The position numbers and the translations under genes were made by a program. From the NCBI GenBank assembly GCA_037441385.1, contig JBBISH010000015.1:1-64000 (forward strand): a DNA stretch of 64,000 bases, in the 5' to 3' direction. The DNA is from Myxococcales bacterium (GTDB lineage Bacteria > Myxococcota_A > UBA9042). This document shows, in pieces, positions 1 to 8,946 of the stretch; the first letter of the stretch is position 1, and every line of letters begins with the position of its first letter. The notes under the pieces are model-generated. The model was not told where the DNA came from. It saw only the letters and a list, made by a program, of their open reading frames with translations, and did not search any database.

Positions 1-3000
1 TTGGCGCTGGCGTTGGTGTCGTTGCAGTCGCCGCCGCCGAACGGACAGGCGTTGGGCTGGTCGACCACGGTCATGGTCGAATCACAGAACTTGTCGCTGT
101 CGTCGTCGCAACCTTCGTCGATGCCGTTCTTGCAGTTGTCATCGATGTCGTTGCAGACCTCGGTCTTGCCGGGGTTGACGGCCGCCGACGCGTCGTTGCA
201 GTCGCCAGGGTTGGCGGCGGAGTAGCCGCCCTGCGCCACGCAATAGCACTTCTTCAGACCGGTGAGACCGTAGTTGTCGCTGTCGAGGTCCAAGTAGAAC
301 AGCGTGCAGCCCGACGCATTCTCGTCGTTGAGGTCGCCGTCGCAGTCGTTGTCGACGCCGTCGCCGCAGACTTCCGTGGCGCCGGGCTTGATGTTCTTGT
401 TGGTGTCGTCGCAGTCGCCAGACACGGTGGCGCTGTAGCTGCCGGCGGCGCTGCACAGGCACTTGCTGACGGTCAGGCCCACGCCGTCAAGGTCGCCGTC
501 GAAGTAGAACGCCTTGCAGAGCGAAGCGTTGGGGTCGTTCTGCGAGCCGTTGCAGTTGTTGTCCACGTTGTCGCCGCAGACTTCGGTCGCGCCGGGGTTG
601 ATGTCGCTGTCCAGGTCGGCGCAGTCGCCGACGCCGTTGGGGCAGATCGCCGGCAGCGGCGTGGCCACGGTAAAGGCCGCGTCGCACCAGCCGTCCTTGT
701 CGTCGTCGCAGCCTTCGTCAGTCTGGCCGTTGCAGTTTTCGTCCTTGTTGTTGCAGACTTCGACGGCCATGCCCGGGTTGATCGCGGGATCAGTGTCGGC
801 GCAGTCGCCACCGCCCTTGCTGCAGGTGCTGGGCGTGCCGACGATGCCCATGCTGCTGTCGCAGTAGTCGTCGTTGTCGTCGTCGCAACCTTCGTCGGTC
901 TGCGTGTCGCAGTCGTTGTCCAGGTTGTCGCAGATTTCCGTCGCGGTCGGATTGACGGCCTTCTTGCTGTCGTCGCAGTCGGTCTTGTCGCTGACCACGA
1001 ACGAGCCAGCGGCCACGCACAGGCACTTGCCGCTCTGCGAGCCAAAGCCGTCGCCGTCGGCATCGGCGTAGAAGTTAGTGCAACCCACAGCGCCGGCATC
1101 GTTTTCGCTGCCGTTGCAGTTGTCGTCCACGCCGTTGCCGCAGATCTCGGCCTTGCCTGGGTTCACGTTCGCGTCCGAGTCGTTGCAGTCGCCGCCGCCG
1201 TTGGGGCACGCCACCGAGCCGCTCGAGCCCACGCCCTGGTTGGCGTCGCAGTAGCCGTCCAAGTCGTCGTCGCAGCCTTCGTCGATGGCGTTGTTGCAGT
1301 TGTTGTCCAGGTTGTCGCAGACCTCCAACGCGCCGGGGTTGATGGCGGCCTTGGTGTCGTCGCAGTCGCCCGTCTTCTTGGCCTTGAACAAGCCAACCGG
1401 CGAGCAATAGCACTTGAAGGTCTTGACGCCGTAGCCGTCGGAGTCGCCGTCGGTAAAGAAGATCGTGCAGTTCTGCGCGTCTTGGTCGTTGGTGTTGCCG
1501 TTGCAGTCGTCGTCGTCGGCGGTGGTGCAGTCTTCGGCCGCGCCAGGGTTGACGCTGAGCTTGGTGTCGTTGCAGTCACCGCCGCCCTTGAGGCAGACCA
1601 CCGGCACGCCGACCACGATCATGTTCGAGTCGCAGAAGCCGTCCTGGTCGTCGTCGCAGCCTTCGTCGATCTTGCCGTCCGAGTTGTTGTCCTTGTTGTC
1701 GCAGATTTCCTTGCCGGCTGGGTTGATCGCGGGATCAAGGTCGTCGCTGTCGCCAGCGCCCGCCGGGCAGACGTCGGGCGGAACGCCGCCCGCGCCGGTG
1801 CAGGTCACGCTCACGTCAAGGAACTTGGCCACGCCGTTGCAGGGGTCGCCGCCAAAGGTGGCGTTGGTCGCTGCGATGGTGCAGGTGCTCTTGCCCAGGC
1901 ACAAGGTCTTGATGGTCTGGATCGACGCGGAGGCGTGGCAGGCGCCCGTGGCCAGGTCGGCGCCAGCGCAGGTGCCCTGCGGCGTGCCGAAGCTCGCGAA
2001 GTCGACCGAAGTGATGTAGTTGCCCGCGCCGCAGTCCAGCGTCAAGTTCGAGCCCTGGTTGGCTGAACCGCACACGGTCGTGCTGCCGCCGATCGACACA
2101 TAGCCAAGGTTGGCGTCGCAGTAGCCGTCCTTGTCGTCGTCGCAACCTTCGTCGGTGATGCTGTTGCAGTTGTCGTCCTTGTTGTTGCAGACCTCACTGG
2201 AGTCGGGGCTGACGTTCTTGTTGTTGTCGTCGCAGTCGCCCACCTTGCTGCTGCTGAACACGCCCTGCGAAACGCACTGGCACTTCTTGGGCGTAGTGCC
2301 CCAGCCGTCGCCGTCGCTGTCGGTGTAGAAGTCGGTGCAACCCTGTGCATTGGCGTCATTTTGCGTGCCGCTGCAGTCGTCGTCTTTGCCGTTGCCGCAG
2401 ACTTCGATCATGCCGGGGTTGACCTGAGCGTCATCGTCCTTGCAGTCGCCGCTCTTGGTCGCGTTGTACGAGCCCGCCGCGGTGCACATGCACTTGGCCA
2501 CGCCAGCGCCGTACTTGTCCGCGTCCAGGTCGGCCCAGTAATTGGTGCAGCCCTTGGCGCCGTCTTCGTCGCCCTGGCCGTTGCAGTTGTCGTCCAGGCC
2601 GTTGCCGCACAGTTCTTGCACGCCCGGGTTCACGTTGACGTTGGTGTCGTCGCAGTCGCCGCCGCCCAGCGGGCAAGCGGTCGACGAGCCGTCGAGGACC
2701 ATGTTCGAATTGCAGTAGTCGTCGCCGTCCGCGTCGCAACCCTCGTCCACGGCGCCGTCGCAGTCGTTGTCGACGTTGTCGCAGGTCTCGGGACAGGCGG
2801 CGTCGCCGCAGCAGCTCGACAGGTCCTTGCAGTCGATCTGGCCGTTGTTGTTGTTGTCCAGGCCGTCGGTGCAGATTTCGGGCGTGCCGCAGTTCACGAC
2901 GATGTCGACCTGCGCCGCGGTCGCGTCCGGCGTGTCGAGCACGATGTAGTAGTCGTTGCCCTGGGCGGCGGCGAAATTGAACGTGTTGCTGCCGCTGGCG

Positions 3001-6000
3001 AAGCACTGCGCCGCGTCGCAAGCGCCGGCGTTGCCCTTGAGCACGAATACCTTGGCGTTGGGCACAGAGAGGTTGGTGACCTTGAGCTGTACGGGCACCG
3101 AGGCCGTGGGCGTGAACTTGACCGCGTACTCCTTCCCCAGGTACTGGGTGGCCGTGTCGCAGCTGTAGTCCTTGACGGCGTTGGTCGAGCCGCTGCCGTT
3201 GCTGGTGATGGTGATCGACGAACCGCAGATCGCGGTCGAAGCCGACGTGCAGTTGCAGGTCGCCTTGTGGTAGCACAGCTTGTTGGTGCACTTGTCCGAG
3301 GTGCACTCGTTGGCGTCGTCGCAACCGGCGTCGGTAAAGCACTCTTCAAAGCCGTTGGCAAAGAAGTAGAGCAAGCGGGTCATCATGTTCTGCGGCGTGC
3401 CGGACTGCGGGTCAGCTTGGACGCCAGCAAACAGGACGGACGAGGCCACCGTACGGTAGCCAAGCGGGTCGTCGTGACCGACCTGGACAAAGCCCTTGGC
3501 CTGGCCGTCGTTCTTCAACACCGCCTTGGTGCGCTCGGCCGTGGTGGCCGCCAAGACGTCGTTCAGGCTGTCGAAGGCCGGATCACCCTTGGCGTACGCA
3601 AAGTTCCAGCTCTGTCCGCTGTTGAGGTCGGTGTACAGGCCGGTGCCGACCAAAGGCCCGGTCACGCCGAAGGCAAACTCGTCCGCGACGGGCTTGACGG
3701 CAAAGGCGGGGTGCAGCGTGGTCTGCGCGTCGTAGAACCAGGTGTCGCCGCCTTCCATGTACAGCTTGCCGGCGTTGGCCAAGTACTGCTGGAGCTGGCC
3801 GGCTTCGTCTTGGGTCAGGATGTGATTGTCGGGATAGACGCCCAGGGTGACAAAGACGCCTTGGAAGCCTTTGAGGTTGGGGTACAGCGACAGGTCCGTG
3901 ATGTGCTGGACGGTCTTGCCCTCGGCCTTGATGGCGTCGAACAGGGTCGAGCCCATGACTTCCGGCACTTCAAGGGGACGCCACACCAAGTAGCCGCCCA
4001 CATAAGTGACGGTGATGTTGAAGGTGCAGGTGCTGTACAGCGCGCCGTCGGTGACCTTGACGGTGACCGGCCAGGTGCCCACGTGGCTGACCTTGCTGGG
4101 CTTGATCGTGATGTTGGCGTTCCAGGTGTTGTCGAGCCAGTAGTAGAGGGCCGACGAAATCGACACGAACTCGGGGGCGTCGACGATCTGGAAGCTGAGG
4201 ATGGCATCGGCGTCGGGGTCGGCGGCCTTGACGGGCACGGTCTTGGTCGAACCGTAGGCGACCGTCTGGTTCACGGGGCAGGTCTGCAGCGACGGCTTGT
4301 TGCCCTTGACGACGCAGATGTTGTCCAACGCGTAGCTGGTCATGTCGTAGGTGGACGTACCGGCCACGCAGAAGGCAATGCGCAGACCGTTGCTGCCCGA
4401 CAGCGTGTCGGGGAGCACCAGATCGACTGTCTCGGGGCCCAAACCGTTGCCTTGACCGAGCTTGAAGTCGATCGGCACGGCGTTGGCCCAGTCGGGGTTG
4501 GCGCCGCCGAGCGAGCCGTAGATCTTGAGGTCGAAGCTACCGCCATTCGGCACGAATTCGCGGTCGTACTGCATCGTGATGGTCTTGGCGCCGGCCGCTT
4601 GGATGATGGGCGACTGCAGACACGTCTCGAAATTGACGACGGTGGGCGTCCAGGTGAGCTTGGCGTGCTGGTCGGGGCCCAGGCCCGTGTCGGTGGCCAC
4701 GCCCCAGTTCTTGACGGCCTTGCCGCTGCCGATGTCGGTGGGGTTCCAGCCCATCTGCACCAAGCTGGTGCCGCTCTGGAAGTCCTGGCAGTAGCCCACG
4801 TTGACCGTGCAGACGTCGAGCTGCTGGGCGACGCACTTCAGGGCGCCGTCGGCCTGGGTGGCGCAGACGCCCTTGGCGCAGTCGGTGTTCAGGTAGGCGC
4901 AGTCCACGTCCTGGTTGGCCACGCTGCAGCAGAGCTTGTTGGCGCCCTCGCTGGTGGTGTGCGTGCATTCGTTCCACAGGCAATAGTCGTAGGTGCACGG
5001 CGAGCCGTCGTCGCAGTCGTACTTGTCGATGCAGCACGAGGCGATAGACGAGTGAGTGCAGATGCCGCCCGAGCAGGCGTCGGCGGTGCAGGGGTTGTTG
5101 TCGTTGCAGTCCAACCCTTGCTGGGCTTCGGCCACGCTGCAGATGCAGCCGCTGACTTGCTTGAATTCGCACGAGCCGATGCCGGTGCTGGCGTTCTTGT
5201 TGACGCAGCTGTCGGTGGTGCACTTGCTGCCGTCGAAGCAGTCGGCGTTGCTGGCGCAGCAGCCGTTCTTGGGCACCGTGTGGCGGCACTGGTTGTTCAG
5301 GCAGTAGTCGATGGTGCAGGCGTTCTTATCGTCGCACGCCACCACGGCGTCGGCGTCGTCCGCGCAGCAGTTGGCGATCGGCGCGTAGGCGCACTTGTTG
5401 TTGACGCAGGTGTCGGCAGTGCAGGCAGCCTTGGGGTTGGGCGGCGTGGTGCCGATGGTCTTGCTGTCGTCGCACTCCCAGTCGGCCTGGCAGCATTGCG
5501 GATTTTGGGTGTGGTTGCACTTGCCGCAGGCGCCGCTGGTGTCGCATTTGTCGGTGGTGCACGGCAGGCCGTCGTCGCAGTCCACGTCGGCTTTGCAGGC
5601 GTCGGCCGCGGGCTGGTACTTGCAGGTGTTGAACGAGTCGCAGTAGTCCGTGGTGGTGCAATCGTTGTCGTTGCAGGTCGACGAGTCGACGCAGCAGCTG
5701 GGGTCGCCGTTCGACTTGTAGCTGCACTTCTTGGCCGCGGTGTCGCACGTGTCGACGGTGCAAGGGTTCTTGTCGTTGCACTCTAGGTTGCTGGTTTCGC
5801 AGCAATCCGGCTTGAACTTGTCGGGACCGTGGACACAGAAGTGGTTTACGCACACGTCGGCCGTGCAGTACTTGCCGTCGTTGCAGTCGCCGTCAGCGTC
5901 GCAGCAGGTGGGATCCGTCTTGGTGTAGCTGCACGTACCGCTCTGGGCATTGGTGGGCTTGTTGCACATGTCCACCGTGCAATACAGGCCGTCGTTGCAG

Positions 6001-7589
6001 TCGGTATTGGCCTCGCAGCAGGTCGGGTCGGACTTGGGGTGTTTGCACTGGCCGACCGAGTCGGGGATGACCGCGCCGCTGGCGTCCTTGGGCAGGGCGC
6101 ACACATCCTGCGTGCACACCTTGGCGTCGTCGCAGTCCACGTCGGCCTTGCAGCACTGAGAAACTTCGGTATGCACGCACTTGCTGGCCAGGCACACGTC
6201 CCAGGTGCAGCCGTTGCCGTCGTCGCATTGGTAGTTGTCGCCCTGCAGATCGCAGCAGACGCCGGCGCCGCCCTTGGCGGGATCCTGGATGTGCTGACAC
6301 ACGTTGTAGCCGTTGGGGCCCACGGCGCCGCAGGTGTCCAAGGTGCAGTAATACTTGTCGTCGCAGTCTGCGTCGGCGACGCAGCACTCGGGCTTGAACT
6401 TGTTCTTGCCGAGGCGGCACTCACCGGCCACGCAAACGCCGGCCATGCAAGGATTGTCGGTGGGGCAGTCGGCATCGACGCAGCAAACGTTGGCGGGCTT
6501 GTTGTGGACGCACTTCTGGGCCACGACGTCGCAGCTGTCGGTCGTGCAGGCCAAGCCGTCGTCGCACGGGTCAGCCGGATCGCAGCAGACGTCGGGCGAG
6601 GGCTTGAGGTTGGTGCACTTGCCGACCGGGCCGCTCAGGTCGCACTTGTCGTTGGTGCACGGGCTGCCGTCGTCGCAGTCCATGTCGCTGGTGCAGGCCG
6701 AGCACTTGGCGGTCTTGCCGCTGCCGACGCACGCCAGGCCGGCCGAGCACTCGCTGGCCGTCGTGCAGCACTGGGTGGCGGAGGCGTACTTGAACACGCA
6801 CTTGCCGCCGATGCAGGCATCGTCCGAGCAGCCCACGCCGTCATCGCAGGCCGTATCGCTAGTGCACTTGTTCTTGATATCGTTGCTGAACTGGTCCTGG
6901 CTGAGGTAGACGTGGCGGTTGACCGTGGCCGTGGCGTCTTTGACGAGCTCGCCAGTGGCCGTGGCCAGGGTGCACGAAATGACGCGGGCACCCATGGTGG
7001 TGCCGAGGTCGACGTTGTTGATGGTCGCCGACGTGCTGACGATCGGTGGGTCCGCGCCGTTGACGCGGCAGATCACCTGGCCGGTGCCCGCGCCCAGGGT
7101 GAAATCGGTGACGTTGAGCTTGATGGTGATCTTCACCGACGCCGGGGCGGTGTAGTCCACGTAGTAGTACTGTTCTTCGGCGGGGGCCGCGAAGGTCACC
7201 GTCGGCGGGTTGGTCAGCGCGAAGGTTTCGACGCCGAACTCGGCGTCCACGCCGGCCGCGTCTTTGGCCAAGTCGGCCGATTGGCCGGTGGGCGCGGGAT
7301 CGCTACAGGCGGCAGCCCCCACCGCCAACGCCGCCAGCAACGGCAAGGCCGCCGGACGCAGGGCGAAACGGGCACGCCCCCCAAGCGTGGCCAGAACTCG
7401 TGGGCCCAGCGCCGCCAGGGCGCTCCGGGCAGAGGCCAAGTCTTGAATCGCCTGCAAAAACACAGAAAGCAGCCTGTGGCTGCTGTGTTCGCGGCGATTC
7501 GACTGTGCGCGATCCGGATTTGCATCCAGGTCTGCGCAGGGAGCGAAACGCGTCACGCGCTTTGCGCGGAACGACGGCTGATTTCGCAT
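1..7589 (-). CDS. Giant Cys-rich mosaic surface lipoprotein (>2500 aa; C-terminus lies beyond the left edge). Order: Ig-like domain, ~17 Dictyostelium-type Cys repeats, beta-sandwich and cadherin-like domains, GATase-like domain, PPC-like domain, >=13 MopE-like repeats with an inserted SUEL lectin domain
   Basis: Translated by hand; absent from the ORF track because no stop lies in the window. ATG at 7589 follows AGGAGG. Lipobox-like LLAALAVGAAAC (Cys codon 7305-7307). Repeats CxxDxxCxDxxxCTxDxC (about 4800-6870) and GDCDDxxxxxNPGxxExCDxxDxxCDG (1-2870). Long + strand ORFs at 1482, 2361 and 5829 are in-register antisense shadows. Confidence 0.9.
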   Translation of the reverse strand, partial: MRNQPSFRAKRVTRFAPCADLDANPDRAQSNRREHSSHRLLSVFLQAIQDLASARSALAALGPRVLATLGGRARFALRPAALPLLAALAVGAAACSDPAPTGQSADLAKDAAGVDAEFGVETFALTNPPTVTFAAPAEEQYYYVDYTAPASVKITIKLNVTDFTLGAGTGQVICRVNGADPPIVSTSATINNVDLGTTMGARVISCTLATATGELVKDATATVNRHVYLSQDQFSNDIKNKCTSDTACDDGVGCSDDACIGGKCVFKYASATQCCTTASECSAGLACVGSGKTAKCSACTSDMDCDDGSPCTNDKCDLSGPVGKCTNLKPSPDVCCDPADPCDDGLACTTDSCDVVAQKCVHNKPANVCCVDADCPTDNPCMAGVCVAGECRLGKNKFKPECCVADADCDDKYYCTLDTCGAVGPNGYNVCQHIQDPAKGGAGVCCDLQGDNYQCDDGNGCTWDVCLASKCVHTEVSQCCKADVDCDDAKVCTQDVCALPKDASGAVIPDSVGQCKHPKSDPTCCEANTDCNDGLYCTVDMCNKPTNAQSGTCSYTKTDPTCCDADGDCNDGKYCTADVCVNHFCVHGPDKFKPDCCETSNLECNDKNPCTVDTCDTAAKKCSYKSNGDPSCCVDSSTCNDNDCTTTDYCDSFNTCKYQPAADACKADVDCDDGLPCTTDKCDTSGACGKCNHTQNPQCCQADWECDDSKTIGTTPPNPKAACTADTCVNNKCAYAPIANCCADDADAVVACDDKNACTIDYCLNNQCRHTVPKNGCCASNADCFDGSKCTTDSCVNKNASTGIGSCEFKQVSGCICSVAEAQQGLDCNDNNPCTADACSGGICTHSSIASCCIDKYDCDDGSPCTYDYCLWNECTHTTSEGANKLCCSVANQDVDCAYLNTDCAKGVCATQADGALKCVAQQLDVCTVNVGYCQDFQSGTSLVQMGWNPTDIGSGKAVKNWGVATDTGLGPDQHAKLTWTPTVVNFETCLQSPIIQAAGAKTITMQYDREFVPNGGSFDLKIYGSLGGANPDWANAVPIDFKLGQGNGLGPETVDLVLPDTLSGSNGLRIAFCVAGTSTYDMTSYALDNICVVKGNKPSLQTCPVNQTVAYGSTKTVPVKAADPDADAILSFQIVDAPEFVSISSALYYWLDNTWNANITIKPSKVSHVGTWPVTVKVTDGALYSTCTFNITVTYVGGYLVWRPLEVPEVMGSTLFDAIKAEGKTVQHITDLSLYPNLKGFQGVFVTLGVYPDNHILTQDEAGQLQQYLANAGKLYMEGGDTWFYDAQTTLHPAFAVKPVADEFAFGVTGPLVGTGLYTDLNSGQSWNFAYAKGDPAFDSLNDVLAATTAERTKAVLKNDGQAKGFVQVGHDDPLGYRTVASSVLFAGVQADPQSGTPQNMMTRLLYFFANGFEECFTDAGCDDANECTSDKCTNKLCYHKATCNCTSASTAICGSSITITSNGSGSTNAVKDYSCDTATQYLGKEYAVKFTPTASVPVQLKVTNLSVPNAKVFVLKGNAGACDAAQCFASGSNTFNFAAAQGNDYYIVLDTPDATAAQVDIVVNCGTPEICTDGLDNNNNGQIDCKDLSSCCGDAACPETCDNVDNDCDGAVDEGCDADGDDYCNSNMVLDGSSTACPLGGGDCDDTNVNVNPGVQELCGNGLDDNCNGQGDEDGAKGCTNYWADLDADKYGAGVAKCMCTAAGSYNATKSGDCKDDDAQVNPGMIEVCGNGKDDDCSGTQNDANAQGCTDFYTDSDGDGWGTTPKKCQCVSQGVFSSSKVGDCDDNNKNVSPDSSEVCNNKDDNCNSITDEGCDDDKDGYCDANLGYVSIGGSTTVCGSANQGSNLTLDCGAGNYITSVDFASFGTPQGTCAGADLATGACHASASIQTIKTLCLGKSTCTIAATNATFGGDPCNGVAKFLDVSVTCTGAGGVPPDVCPAGAGDSDDLDPAINPAGKEICDNKDNNSDGKIDEGCDDDQDGFCDSNMIVVGVPVVCLKGGGDCNDTKLSVNPGAAEDCTTADDDDCNGNTNDQDAQNCTIFFTDGDSDGYGVKTFKCYCSPVGLFKAKKTGDCDDTKAAINPGALEVCDNLDNNCNNAIDEGCDDDLDGYCDANQGVGSSGSVACPNGGGDCNDSDANVNPGKAEICGNGVDDNCNGSENDAGAVGCTNFYADADGDGFGSQSGKCLCVAAGSFVVSDKTDCDDSKKAVNPTATEICDNLDNDCDTQTDEGCDDDNDDYCDSSMGIVGTPSTCSKGGGDCADTDPAINPGMAVEVCNNKDENCNGQTDEGCDDDKDGWCDAAFTVATPLPAICPNGVGDCADLDSDINPGATEVCGDNVDNNCNGSQNDPNASLCKAFYFDGDLDGVGLTVSKCLCSAAGSYSATVSGDCDDTNKNIKPGATEVCGDGVDNDCDGDLNDENASGCTLFYLDLDSDNYGLTGLKKCYCVAQGGYSAANPGDCNDASAAVNPGKTEVCNDIDDNCKNGIDEGCDDDSDKFCDSTMTVVDQPNACPFGGGDCNDTNASA

Positions 7590-8279
7590 TCCAATCCTCC
7601 TAGGCCGATCGAGCGAGGCTCATTCCGTGAGTCTCCGAGCCTGGCCGCGGATCTCCGAGCTTCGGGGGCAACGGAGTTGAAACGGCCTTGCGTGGACCCG
7701 GGGGAAGGTCACCGCTGGGGGAGGCCGGTTGCCAACGCATACAGAGCCCCCCCTTGGACTCGGTCTACGTGGGCGTTTCGTCCGTTGCGGACAGGCTATT
7801 TCGTGTGCCGGCGCTGGGGGGTGCGCAGTGGACACGCGATACTTGCTTGGGCACAGACACAGGGCTCGCAGCCACGGGTCTTCGGGGGAGGGCGAGGCGC
7901 GACCTGGGCAGACCGCGACTTTCCCAGTTAGAGGCTAACAAAGCGGCTGCCTCGGCGCAACCGGTTTTGGTGGCTTGCCGTTTGCTTGGTGGGTTGACCA
8001 CCGACGTGGTGGGCCGGTGACAGACGCGTGGCAAAGTGGCCGAAGCAACTCACCGTTCTTCAATCTATTTTACAAGTCGCAGCTGGAGCGCCGCCCGCGT
8101 GTGCCGCGCGAACCCACGATCGCGGGTGGCGGCCACGGCGATCGACGCAAGCGACAGCCTGCCGGACAGGGCCCAGGCAGGCCGAATGGCCTCTGCGGCG
8201 ACCTGGGAGTTGCGGCTGCGGCGCCTTGGCGTGGGCCACGCCGCGCCCGCGGTGGGCTGTGGCGGTAGGGCATCGATCG

Positions 8280-8554
8280 TAGGCACCCCACCGGATTCGC
8301 GCCTGTACGGCTTCCCGGACCCGCCGCGCAACTGGCTAGAATCAGGCGGGACCCCGGTTTGGGTCCGAAGAATTGCCGGAGTTTTCGAGCCGAACTAGAG
8401 CACCGATCAGAAACCCAGTCCTGGGGGCAAACGTCGCGGCGGTCGCGCCAGCGCCCGCTTGCGACCACCAAGCATGAACGAGTCTTCGCCAGCTAGCGTC
8501 CTCGTGGCTCTGAACCTCGGAGATTTGTGATTGGGGGGTCCGAGCGGCGCGGTA
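8280..8554 (+). mobile_element. TA-bounded MITE-like repeat (copy A), apparently interrupted near 8395 by a degenerate CTAG-type element
   Basis: 8280-8398 aligns by eye over ~120 bp with the reverse complement of 12222-12349 (CCCCACC..TTCGCGCCT.TACGGC..GCAACTGGC.AGAATCAGG.GGGACCCCGGTT..AAGAATTGCCG). From CTAG at 8395 the sequence resembles the 14379-14850 units. Confidence 0.6.
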
Positions 8555-8618
8555 ACATCGGGGGAGGCCAGCGCCAAGCCACGGTCGGAAGGCGGACCAC
8601 GGCGGGGCGCGATGGCGC

Positions 8619-8655
8619 AAAAACGACAAAGGCCCGAAGGGAGACCCTTCAGACC
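8619..8655 (-). terminator. Intrinsic terminator downstream of tRNA-Gly
   Basis: Minus strand GGTCTGAAGGG-TCT-CCCTTCGGGCC hairpin followed by TTTGTCGTTTTT. Confidence 0.7.
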
Positions 8656-8720
8656 CTCGTGCACCGAGCCGTGAGGCCGTGGTGCTCGGCGATTCGCACT
8701 GGCGGGTGCGAACGTCGCGG

Positions 8721-8792
8721 AGCGGGAAACGGGACTTGAACCCGCGACATCGACCTTGGCAAGGTCGCGCTCTACCACTGAGCTATTCCCGC
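8721..8792 (-). tRNA. tRNA-Gly (GCC), CCA not encoded
   Basis: Minus strand GCGGGAATAGCTCAGTGGTAGAGCGCGACCTTGCCAAGGTCGATGTCGCGGGTTCAAGTCCCGTTTCCCGCT folds as a cloverleaf with anticodon GCC and a GTTCAA T-loop; followed by CCG. Confidence 0.97.
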
Positions 8793-8946
8793 GTCTTGTT
8801 CGACCGGCTGTGCGGACCCAGGCGAACTGGGCGGCGGCGGTCTGCAGTCGAACAGCATTGCCGTCCGAAGCGAGGCGCATACTAGCGGGGTCGGCAACGG
8901 CCGTCAAGGGGTCACCCGGGGCCAGTTGCACTTTTTTCGCGGTCGA

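Noticed and set aside
2361..7931. Long + strand ORFs of 1141 aa and 700 aa
   Set aside because: They are in-register antisense shadows of the giant minus-strand gene, a common effect of high-GC codon bias.
7590..8279. c-di-GMP or other known riboswitch upstream of the giant gene
   Set aside because: I could not match the conserved motifs by eye on either strand; an Rfam scan is needed.
8555..8792. tRNA-Gly as the attachment site of a genomic island
   Set aside because: No integrase, and I saw no duplicated tRNA 3' end in the window.
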